Origin: an uncultured Arcobacteraceae bacterium
GTDB taxonomy: Bacteria; Campylobacterota; Campylobacteria; Campylobacterales; Arcobacteraceae
Direction of reading: 5' to 3'
Length of the DNA stretch: 64,000 nucleotides
NCBI GenBank assembly: GCA_964022095.1
Contig: CAXHZO010000002.1
Span: forward strand, 160,001-224,000
The notes beneath the pieces are model-generated. The model saw only the letters and a list, made by a program, of their open reading frames with translations. It was not told the DNA's origin and did no database searches. A program made the translations under genes and the position numbers. Positions within the stretch are counted from its first letter, which is position 1. Every line of letters begins with the position of its first letter. Shown one piece after another: positions 21,207 to 29,031 of the stretch.

Positions 21207-21946
21207 TATTTAAATCCTAATTCAAAAGTATTGATGATATATTCATCACTTAAAAGTTTTGCAGTTTGCTCGTAAACAAAAGCATCATCTCTATTTTTTC
21301 TTGGCATTTCTATCTTAAAGCTTTTTACTATATGCCCAACAGGTTCAGCTTTTAAAACTAAAATTTCATCACTTAATCTAATGGCCTCCATCAAATCATG
21401 AGTTATAAATAAAATACTTAATTTATTTGTTTCAATCTCATCTATTAATAAATTTTGAAGTTCCTTTTTAAGTCCAATATCAAGAGCTGAAAAAGGTTCA
21501 TCCAAAAATAAAATAGAAGGATTTAAAACCAATGCTCTTGCAAAAGAGACTCTTTGTTTCATTCCTCCACTTAAATCTTTTGGAAATTTCTCAAAATCAT
21601 CCTCTTCTAAACCAAATTTTAAAGCTATTTTTTTTGCTAAATCATCTGCTTTATCTCTTTTCATATTTTGAGCTTTTAATCCTAGGGCAATATTGTCAAT
21701 CACATTTTTCCAAGGAAGAAGTCTTGCTTCTTGAAAAGCAAAAGATGAACTTTTAAAACTATTTCTTATTTTTCCTTCTTCAAGTGTCAAAAGTTTTGCA
21801 CAAAGATGAAGTAAAGTAGTCTTTCCTCCGCCACTTGGTCCTACTATTGATACAACTTTTCCTTTTTCAAGAGTAAAATTTATATCTTTTAAAATCTCTT
21901 TAAAGCCAAAAGAAAAAGAGACATTTTCTACGCTTAATCGTTCCAT
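21206..21946 (-). CDS. ABC ATP-binding protein (SsuB/TauB-like)
   Basis: GPSGGGKTT, FQEARLLPW, LSGGMKQR, LDEPFSALD. Confidence 0.9.
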   Translation of the reverse strand: MERLSVENVSFSFGFKEILKDINFTLEKGKVVSIVGPSGGGKTTLLHLCAKLLTLEEGKIRNSFKSSSFAFQEARLLPWKNVIDNIALGLKAQNMKRDKADDLAKKIALKFGLEEDDFEKFPKDLSGGMKQRVSFARALVLNPSILFLDEPFSALDIGLKKELQNLLIDEIETNKLSILFITHDLMEAIRLSDEILVLKAEPVGHIVKSFKIEMPRKNRDDAFVYEQTAKLLSDEYIINTFELGFK

Positions 21947-21951
21947 AGTTT

Positions 21952-22734
21952 TTAATCCCTCCATGCTTCAACCTCTCTTTTTATAGGTTCTAAAATTAGA
22001 TATTCAATCAAAAGTAAACTTCCTATCATTATTAAAACCAAAGCTAAAGCTGTTGGAGTATCAAGTTGACTTCTTGCGATTGCTAAAGCTGAACCAATTC
22101 CATCATTTGCAGATAATAACTCAGCCATTACGACAATTTTCCAAGCCATTCCTAAAGCACTAATTGATGCTGGAAAAATGTAAGACAAAATATGAGGAAA
22201 ATATAAATCAAGCATTTTCATTTTAAATGGAAGATTAAAACTATCAGCCATCTGTTTTAAATCACCTTCCAATGTTCTAGTTCCTTGTAAGGCTCCTACA
22301 AAAATTATAGGAAAAGAAGCCACAACAACTGTAAAGATTACAGTTATATCACTCATTCCAAACCAAATCATGGCTAAAACAATCCATGCAATTGGAGGCA
22401 TTCCAACTAAAATAGTTACTATTGGTCTACTCATCATAGAAGCTGTAACAAAAAGTCCAGCAATTAAACCAAGAAATAAACCAAAAATAAAAGATATTGA
22501 AAAACCAAAAAAAGCTCTTTTGATTGTAATAACAATATCATTTTGAACACTTTGTGTATTTAAAATTGAAAATAAAGTGCTTATTGTCTCTTTTGGACTT
22601 GGTAAAACCAAATTTCCATAAAGTTGATTTCCAAAATCCCAAAGAGCTAAAAATAAAAAAATTGAAGCAATTGAACCCCAACCACTCCATAAATAGGATG
22701 GAAAATCTTTTATAATTTTTAATAAAAATTTCAT
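21952..22734 (-). CDS. ABC permease (SsuC/TauC-like)
   Basis: LPSP, MPPIAWIVLAMIWFG, AWKIVVMAELL. ATG 22734 follows AAGG. Confidence 0.88.
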   Translation of the reverse strand: MKFLLKIIKDFPSYLWSGWGSIASIFLFLALWDFGNQLYGNLVLPSPKETISTLFSILNTQSVQNDIVITIKRAFFGFSISFIFGLFLGLIAGLFVTASMMSRPIVTILVGMPPIAWIVLAMIWFGMSDITVIFTVVVASFPIIFVGALQGTRTLEGDLKQMADSFNLPFKMKMLDLYFPHILSYIFPASISALGMAWKIVVMAELLSANDGIGSALAIARSQLDTPTALALVLIMIGSLLLIEYLILEPIKREVEAWRD

Positions 22735-22775
22735 AAGTACCTTATCTTGCATAATTTTCGCCATTTTAATGAAAA

Positions 22776-22790
22776 TGATAGTAATTATCA
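22776..22790. promoter_or_regulatory. Fur box
   Basis: TGATAGT-A-ATTATCA. Confidence 0.75.
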
Positions 22791-22804
22791 ATGACTTAAG
22801 TCAA
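22791..22804. promoter_or_regulatory. Crp/Fnr-type operator
   Basis: ATGAC-TTAA-GTCAA (palindromic core TGACTTAAGTCA); 5-4-5 spacing like FNR/DNR boxes; adjacent to a Crp/Fnr gene. Confidence 0.6.
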
Positions 22805-22838
22805 CAATTCTTAAGAGAGTTTAAGTTAGAATCTTTTT

Positions 22839-23471
22839 ATGTATAACGAAATATTAAAAAAAATAGAATTTTTCAATTTATTAAGTCAAGAAGAAATTGA
22901 GTTAATAAATAATTCATGTGAAATAGTTACATTAAATAAAAATAATATACTTTTTTATGAGGGTGAAATAGCCAAATCTTTTTATATTTTACTTCAAGGA
23001 AATCTTAAGTTATATAAAACTACGGGAATTGGAGATGAGATAATTATTCATAATTTTACTCAACCTACTATGTTAGCCGAAATGGCAACATTTCAAAATT
23101 CAGCTTTCCCTGCAACTGCTATAAGTGTAAGTAAAATAACAAAAGTAGCAATTTTGGAAAAAGAGGTTTTTATTTCACTTTTACAAAAAAATGGAAATCT
23201 ATCTTTTCATATAATTGGTTCATTAATAAAAAAGATGAAATCTTTAGAACAAACTATTCATAGAAATCTAGTTTATGATTCTACTCAAAAAGTGTGTTCT
23301 CTTTTAAAAGAGAAGCCTGAAATATTAGCTGAACAAAAACATATAGAACTGGCAATGCAATTAAATATGGCTCCAGCAACACTTTCAAGAACTATTAAAA
23401 AACTTAAAGATAAAGGGTATTTAAATAAAGATAATATTGTTGTGGATAATTCATTTTATAATATACTGTGA
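22839..23471 (+). CDS. Crp/Fnr family regulator (NssR/DNR-like)
   Basis: LFYEGE, LAEMA..FPATA cNMP-like domain; LNMAPATLSR HTH. Confidence 0.88.
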   Translation: MYNEILKKIEFFNLLSQEEIELINNSCEIVTLNKNNILFYEGEIAKSFYILLQGNLKLYKTTGIGDEIIIHNFTQPTMLAEMATFQNSAFPATAISVSKITKVAILEKEVFISLLQKNGNLSFHIIGSLIKKMKSLEQTIHRNLVYDSTQKVCSLLKEKPEILAEQKHIELAMQLNMAPATLSRTIKKLKDKGYLNKDNIVVDNSFYNIL

Positions 23472-23476
23472 AAAAC

Positions 23477-23507
23477 AAATAATAGAACTATATTAGTTCT
23501 ATTATTT
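23477..23507. terminator. Bidirectional intrinsic terminator
   Basis: AAATAATAGAACTA-tat-TAGTTCTATTATTT. Confidence 0.75.
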
Positions 23508-24005
23508 AGATAAATTTGAGAATTTATCTATTAGATATTTGATTTTTAAATCAAAGGCAAGTGAAAAAGCACTATTCCCTAAAAAATCTTCATGATTGAT
23601 ATTTACACCATTATCAACTAAATAGTTGATACTATTTAGTTTATTATATAAAACTGCATAAATAAGTGCAGTTGAATTTTTATCATCTGTTTCATCTAAG
23701 TTTACACCATAGTTTTTAAGAGATTTTATGATTTTTATATCATCTTTATAAACAGCATACTTTAATGCAGTTAAGTTATTTGTAACTTTGCAATCAATTT
23801 TTAACTCTAATAGCTTTTCAACAGCTTTAGTATTTGATGCATTAATTGCCCAAAATAAAGCATTTCTTCCTTTTTTATCTCTGTAATTAATATCTAATTG
23901 ATTTTCTTGTATTAAATTAATTAATTTGTCCCAGTGTTGTGATGCAACTAGGTTCAAAAATAGTTTTTCTTTTATTTCATTATTTATTATTGGATTGCTT
24001 GACAT
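23502..24005 (-). CDS. Ankyrin repeat protein (paralog 2)
   Basis: INYRDKKGRNALFWA, TALKYAV, STALIYAV, GVNINHED. Confidence 0.88.
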   Translation of the reverse strand: MSSNPIINNEIKEKLFLNLVASQHWDKLINLIQENQLDINYRDKKGRNALFWAINASNTKAVEKLLELKIDCKVTNNLTALKYAVYKDDIKIIKSLKNYGVNLDETDDKNSTALIYAVLYNKLNSINYLVDNGVNINHEDFLGNSAFSLAFDLKIKYLIDKFSNLSK

Positions 24006-24507
24006 TTTTGTCCTTACTATTAAATTTATTTATTAAATAATCAATTTTTAAGTCATTGGCTAAGTTAAAGGCACTATTTCCTAAGAAGTTTTCATGATAG
24101 ATATCTACTCCATTTTTAAATAAATAATCAATACTATGTGTTTTATTATAAAGTACAGCATATATTATTGCAGTTGTGTTTATTTCATCTGTTTCATCTA
24201 AGGCAAAACCATTATTTTTTAAACACTTTATTACTTTAATATTATCTCTATAAACTGCATAGTTTAGGGCAGTTAAATTTGGAGTCACATTTTTATTTAT
24301 TCCTAGTTTTAGTAGTTTTTCTATTACTTTTATATTAGATTGATGAATTGCCCAATAAAGTGCATTTCTATCTTTATTATCCCTATAATTAATATTTAAT
24401 TGTTGTTCCTCAATTAGTTCTATTAATGTATTCCATTTTTGGTTCTCTACTAATGAAAAAAAGAGTTTTTTCATTATATTATTTTGAAGTAAGTGATTAT
24501 TCGACAT
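23980..24507 (-). CDS. Ankyrin repeat protein (paralog 1)
   Basis: INYRDNKDRNALYWA, TALNYAV; colinear with the downstream paralog. Confidence 0.88.
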   Translation of the reverse strand: MSNNHLLQNNIMKKLFFSLVENQKWNTLIELIEEQQLNINYRDNKDRNALYWAIHQSNIKVIEKLLKLGINKNVTPNLTALNYAVYRDNIKVIKCLKNNGFALDETDEINTTAIIYAVLYNKTHSIDYLFKNGVDIYHENFLGNSAFNLANDLKIDYLINKFNSKDKNVKQSNNK

Positions 24508-24524
24508 TAGCTACCTTTTAATAT

Positions 24525-24539
24525 TGATAATTGTTATCA
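24525..24539. promoter_or_regulatory. Fur box upstream of the ankyrin pair; weaker second box at 24578-24592
   Basis: TGATAAT-T-GTTATCA; second site TAATAAC-C-ATTATTA. Confidence 0.78.
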
Positions 24540-24658
24540 TAAAGTAATTAAGCTTATAAATAGTTTAAATAAGATATTAATAACCATTATTACTATTGTT
24601 AATAAATGGTTAAAGTAATTAAGATAAAATTCTCAAAAAATAAAAGGAGCATAATTAA

Positions 24659-25804
24659 ATGCATAAGAAAATATGGTTTAAGGTTCATTGGTTTTTAGGA
24701 ATAACAGCTGGAATAATACTACTTGTTGTAGGAACAACAGGAGCTATACTATCCTTTGAAAAAGAGATACTAAAAGCTATAAATAAAGATAGTTATATTG
24801 TTCAAGTTCCTGATTATTCAAAACTAACTACACCTGAATTATTAACAAAATTTAAAGAAAAGTTTCCTAAGTCAAAAATAAATGGAATAACTTTTTTCAA
24901 TAATCAAGACTCTTCTGTAATAATAAATGTAGCAGGAAAAGGTTCTGGAAAAGCTGCCAGAAGAGGAGTAAACTATTTTGTTAACCCTTATGATGCAACT
25001 ATTCTACCAAATTTAGTGGGTAAAGATTTTTTTCGTTTTGTTCTTAGATTACATAGATGGCTTGCTTTGCCAGGTGATGCTAGAGAAATTGGTAAGCAAA
25101 CAGTCGCAATCTCTACAATTTCACTTATCGTTTTAATTATAAGTGCAATAATAATCTATTGGGGAAGAATAAAACATGCTTTCTTTAAAAGTTTTACTTT
25201 TAAATTTAAGCATAAAGGAAGAGCTTTTTTATCAACTATGCATAGTGCTGTTGGTATGTGGGTTATTCCATTATATTTATTAGCCTCATTGACAGGTTTA
25301 TATTGGTCATATGATTGGTATAGAACAGGTCTGTATGTAATATCTGGAGTTGAAAAGCCAGTAAGAGGTAAAAGAGGTGAAAAACCATCTAATGAAAATA
25401 AAATTACTTTAACGCAAGATGATATGTTTGCGCAACATGATATTGCTATTAATACATTTAAAAATGTTGTAGGAACAAATTATTCTAAAGCATCTTTAAG
25501 ATTCCCAAGTTTTGGAACAGTTTATGACTTTCACTATTATGATTACAAACCAGCACATTTTAGAGCTGTAAATGATTTAGAGATTGATATAAAGACAGGT
25601 AATATTGTAAAACATGAAAAGTATGAAGATAAGCCATTAAATGAGAAGTTAATGAAAAGTATATTGCCTTTACATACAGGTGAATACTTTGGTGTTATTG
25701 GTCAAACACTTATGTTTATAGCAGCAGCTTTAATGTCATTATTTACAATAACAGGTTTCATGTTATATATAAATAGAAAAAATAAGAAAAAGAAGAGAGT
25801 TTAA
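24659..25804 (+). CDS. PepSY-associated TM domain protein (iron-reductase-like)
   Basis: VHWFLG, LHRWL, MHSAVG, LTGLYWSY, LHTGEYFG. Confidence 0.88.
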   Translation: MHKKIWFKVHWFLGITAGIILLVVGTTGAILSFEKEILKAINKDSYIVQVPDYSKLTTPELLTKFKEKFPKSKINGITFFNNQDSSVIINVAGKGSGKAARRGVNYFVNPYDATILPNLVGKDFFRFVLRLHRWLALPGDAREIGKQTVAISTISLIVLIISAIIIYWGRIKHAFFKSFTFKFKHKGRAFLSTMHSAVGMWVIPLYLLASLTGLYWSYDWYRTGLYVISGVEKPVRGKRGEKPSNENKITLTQDDMFAQHDIAINTFKNVVGTNYSKASLRFPSFGTVYDFHYYDYKPAHFRAVNDLEIDIKTGNIVKHEKYEDKPLNEKLMKSILPLHTGEYFGVIGQTLMFIAAALMSLFTITGFMLYINRKNKKKKRV

Positions 25805-25822
25805 CTCTTTTCTTTTATATAG

Positions 25823-25872
25823 TGATACTAATTATCAATTTTAATAAATATTAAGTTTTTTACTGTTACAAT
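25823..25872 (+). promoter_or_regulatory. Fur box plus extended -10 of the two-component operon
   Basis: TGATACT-A-ATTATCA (25823-25837); TGTTACAAT (25864-25872). Confidence 0.72.
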
Positions 25873-25902
25873 TTCAACTATATTTAAGAAATAGTAGTAT
25901 TT

Positions 25903-26589
25903 ATGTTAAAAGAACAGTATAAAAATATAAAAATATTGTATGTAGAAGATGAACTACAAATAAGAGAAAATGCAGTATCTTATTTAAGAAGATTATTTAA
26001 TATTGTATATGAAGCAAAAGATGCTTTTGAAGCAATGAATATAATAAAAGAAAAAACTCCTCATATTGTAATTACAGATATAAAAATGCCTAAATTAAGT
26101 GGCTTAGATATGATTAGAAAAATTAGAGAGTATGATAAAAAAACAGAATTCATAGTTTTAACGGCTTTTTCTGATACTAAGTATTTAATGGATGCAATTG
26201 ATTTAAGATTAGTTAAGTATCTAACAAAACCAATTAGGCATGAAACCTTTTACCCTTTAATTTTAAATTGTGTTAAAAATATAGTAGAAGATAAATCAAA
26301 TAAAAAATATATTAGTGAAATATGTTATTTTGATATGATAAATGATGTTATTGATAACAACTCAGAATTAATTAACTTAACAAATTATGAAATAAAATTT
26401 TTTAAATTATTGTGTAAAAACTCTAATAGAGCAGTATCTTATGAAGAAATTCAAAATGCCGTTTGGAATGATGAGTATATGAGTGAAAATGCAATTAGAT
26501 TATTAGTTAGGGATTTAAGAAAAAAACTTCCTATAAATTGTATTAAAAATCATTCAAAAATTGGTTATCAAATAAAACTTTATTCATGA
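25903..26589 (+). CDS. OmpR-family response regulator
   Basis: LYVEDE, ITDIKMP, YLTKP, winged-helix C-terminus. Confidence 0.9.
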   Translation: MLKEQYKNIKILYVEDELQIRENAVSYLRRLFNIVYEAKDAFEAMNIIKEKTPHIVITDIKMPKLSGLDMIRKIREYDKKTEFIVLTAFSDTKYLMDAIDLRLVKYLTKPIRHETFYPLILNCVKNIVEDKSNKKYISEICYFDMINDVIDNNSELINLTNYEIKFFKLLCKNSNRAVSYEEIQNAVWNDEYMSENAIRLLVRDLRKKLPINCIKNHSKIGYQIKLYS

Positions 26590-28301
26590 GATATCTTTTT
26601 TTTATATTTTTATATTTTTCATCCTTAGATGCTTCTTCTTTATTTCATAAAGCTATTGAAAGTTATCATATTTCAGAAGATTTTAAAAATTATAAGTCTT
26701 TAAATATAGATGAATATAGAGTAAAAAAATTAAAACAATTTTCAATAAAAATAAAACTAAATAAAGACTTTTTATCAAAGAAAAACTATTATATGTATGT
26801 TGTATCAGACTTTGATAGTCTAATCAACACAAATGCCGTATATACTAAACATAATCATTTAATGATTATAAATTTAAAACAAAATAGCGATGTATTATAT
26901 TTTGATTATAAATATGATTCTTCTAAAAGAGGAGAGTTCAGATGTGATATTATAAATGAATTTGAATATAAATTTTTACTGCCTTATGAAGGAATACTAT
27001 ATGGAATTGCATATGGAATAATATTTTGTGCATTTTTATACTATATTATCATTTATTTCTCAACTTTAATTAAAGCTTTTTTATATTATTCAATAATGCA
27101 ATTTTTTGTATTACTATCATTAATAGGTTTTGTTTATTTTAGCTTTTTATCTTACCCAAATCAAAACTATTTATATGCGCAAGCTTGGGTGGATATTTTT
27201 GAGACTTTAGGATTATTATTTACTTTATTTTTTGTTAAAGAGATACTAAAAACAAAAACTATTATGCCAAAAATTAATATTTTTTTGAATTTTTTTATCT
27301 TTTTAAATTTAGCAGACATCTTAGCTATCTCAATATTTAAGTACTCTATTTTATATGAATATATGCCATTTTATTTTGGATTTTTCTTACCAATGATAGC
27401 AGGAATAATTGCTGTTATTAAAGGAAATAAATATGCAATTATTTATACATTAGGTTGGGGATTTTTATGTATTGTAGTCTATTTATTGCAAAAATTATAC
27501 TTTAATATTAGTGGAATATATATTATTCATTTAGCAGCATCATTTGAGTCTTTAATATTTAGTTTTGCACTTGGTTTAATGTTAAAAGATTTAGTTAATA
27601 AACAAAATGAAAAAGAAAAACTACTTATACATAAAAGTAAATTAGTCTCAATGGGAGAAATGATAAATAATATAGCTCATCAGTGGCGACAACCACTTAC
27701 TCATCTTAGTTTTATTAATATGAATTTAGAATTAGAATCTCAAGATGATAATTTTGATAAAAGCTATTTATTAAAAAAAATAAAAGAGTCAAATGAACAA
27801 ATTGAATTTATGTCATCTACTATTGATAGTTTTAGGAATTTTTATAAACCTCAAAAAGAAAAAGAGTTTTTTTGGATTTCAAATTCAGTAAATAATGTTA
27901 TATCTATGATGAAACCCTTATTAGAGTTACATAAAATTGATATAGAGTTAAATATTATTAATAATAAACAAATCAAAGCTTATGAAAATGAGTATGCACA
28001 AGTTGTTCTAAATCTAATCACAAATGCAAAAGATGCACTAATTATTAGAAAGATAAAAAATCCTAAAATTATTATTGATATTGACTTTAAAAATAGAAAA
28101 ACACTAACTTCTGTAAGTGATAATGCAAAAGGTATAGATTTAAAGATTATAGATAAAATATTTGAACCATATTTTTCAACAAAAGATAATGGTAGTGGAA
28201 TAGGTCTTTATATGTGTAGATTGATTTTAAAATCTCATTTTAAAGGAGATTTAATTGTTGAAAATAAAAAAGATGGTGCGTCGTTTACTATTGAAGTATA
28301 G
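26586..28301 (+). CDS. 7TM-DISM-type sensor histidine kinase
   Basis: Periplasmic domain plus seven hydrophobic segments; MGEMINNIAHQWRQPL, FEPYFSTK, GSGIGLY. Confidence 0.85.
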   Translation: MRYLFFIFLYFSSLDASSLFHKAIESYHISEDFKNYKSLNIDEYRVKKLKQFSIKIKLNKDFLSKKNYYMYVVSDFDSLINTNAVYTKHNHLMIINLKQNSDVLYFDYKYDSSKRGEFRCDIINEFEYKFLLPYEGILYGIAYGIIFCAFLYYIIIYFSTLIKAFLYYSIMQFFVLLSLIGFVYFSFLSYPNQNYLYAQAWVDIFETLGLLFTLFFVKEILKTKTIMPKINIFLNFFIFLNLADILAISIFKYSILYEYMPFYFGFFLPMIAGIIAVIKGNKYAIIYTLGWGFLCIVVYLLQKLYFNISGIYIIHLAASFESLIFSFALGLMLKDLVNKQNEKEKLLIHKSKLVSMGEMINNIAHQWRQPLTHLSFINMNLELESQDDNFDKSYLLKKIKESNEQIEFMSSTIDSFRNFYKPQKEKEFFWISNSVNNVISMMKPLLELHKIDIELNIINNKQIKAYENEYAQVVLNLITNAKDALIIRKIKNPKIIIDIDFKNRKTLTSVSDNAKGIDLKIIDKIFEPYFSTKDNGSGIGLYMCRLILKSHFKGDLIVENKKDGASFTIEV

Positions 28302-28851
28302 GAATTTTATCTATAATTTTTTTTAGATTATATTCGTTTTTTTTATATCTAATAATTGACTCTTTTAAATGTATATAAATCTTTTCTTGATTTATACCTC
28401 TAAATTTTTTTAGTCTACTTACTACAAATTCATTTAGATTACTTTTTTGCTTATAAAAGTTAATAATATTTAATTTATTAGATTCCTCATTATAAGTTAA
28501 CTTTATGCAATTAGCCCTTTTATGATTAAATAAAGAGTCTAATATTTGTTTATCTATTTTATACTTTAAATCATTTTCAAAAATTATTATATTTTCAAAC
28601 TCGATATAAAAAATTAAAAAATTAGAAATTTGGAAATATTTTAAGTAAAACTCTTTTTTTCTTGATTTTAGATATAAAAGATGATTTGTTTTATCAAACT
28701 CATTTAACAAATAGTATCTGATCTTTTGATAATAGTTATTGACCATATAACGGCTTAAATTGTGTCTTTTTGCACTTTTTGAAACAGTTAAGTCTTCAAT
28801 GAAACTATTTAAAATATTTATATGTAAATGACTGCTTTTTTTATCTCTCAT
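28288..28851 (-). CDS. IS1595-transposase-derived protein lacking the DDE core
   Basis: N-terminal FIEDLTVSKSAKRHNLSRYMVNNYYQKIR and C-terminal RLKKFRGINQEKIYIHLKESIIRY resemble IS1595-family ends; no E.DE.YFG motif. Confidence 0.55.
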   Translation of the reverse strand: MRDKKSSHLHINILNSFIEDLTVSKSAKRHNLSRYMVNNYYQKIRYYLLNEFDKTNHLLYLKSRKKEFYLKYFQISNFLIFYIEFENIIIFENDLKYKIDKQILDSLFNHKRANCIKLTYNEESNKLNIINFYKQKSNLNEFVVSRLKKFRGINQEKIYIHLKESIIRYKKNEYNLKKIIDKIPILQ

Positions 28852-28934
28852 CTTTTTATTTTAACTAAAAAAAATGTGGTAAAAATGTGCTTAAGTTCAT
28901 AAAGTATATTAAATTATTTTTATTAAACATGTTG

Positions 28935-28967
28935 GAATTAAACTTAAGATTATCATAAGTTTAATTC
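28935..28967. repeat. Perfect 12-bp inverted repeat with 9-nt spacer
   Basis: GAATTAAACTTA-agattatca-TAAGTTTAATTC. Confidence 0.8.
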
Positions 28968-28996
28968 AGAAATAATTCCAAAAATAAATATAATTA

Positions 28997-29011
28997 TGAT
29001 AATTGTTATCA
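28997..29011. promoter_or_regulatory. Fur box
   Basis: TGATAAT-T-GTTATCA, identical to the box at 24525. Confidence 0.8.
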
Positions 29012-29031
29012 TTAAAAAAGGAATTCAAAAT

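Noticed and set aside
22735-22791. N-terminal extensions in the ORF track (also 1421, 12046, 28996, 57862, 60087)
   Set aside because: They run through Fur boxes or neighbouring genes; downstream starts have better RBSs or fit the family N-terminus.
28288-28990. Active IS1595 element
   Set aside because: No DDE motifs and no terminal inverted repeats or target duplication enclosing the ORF.
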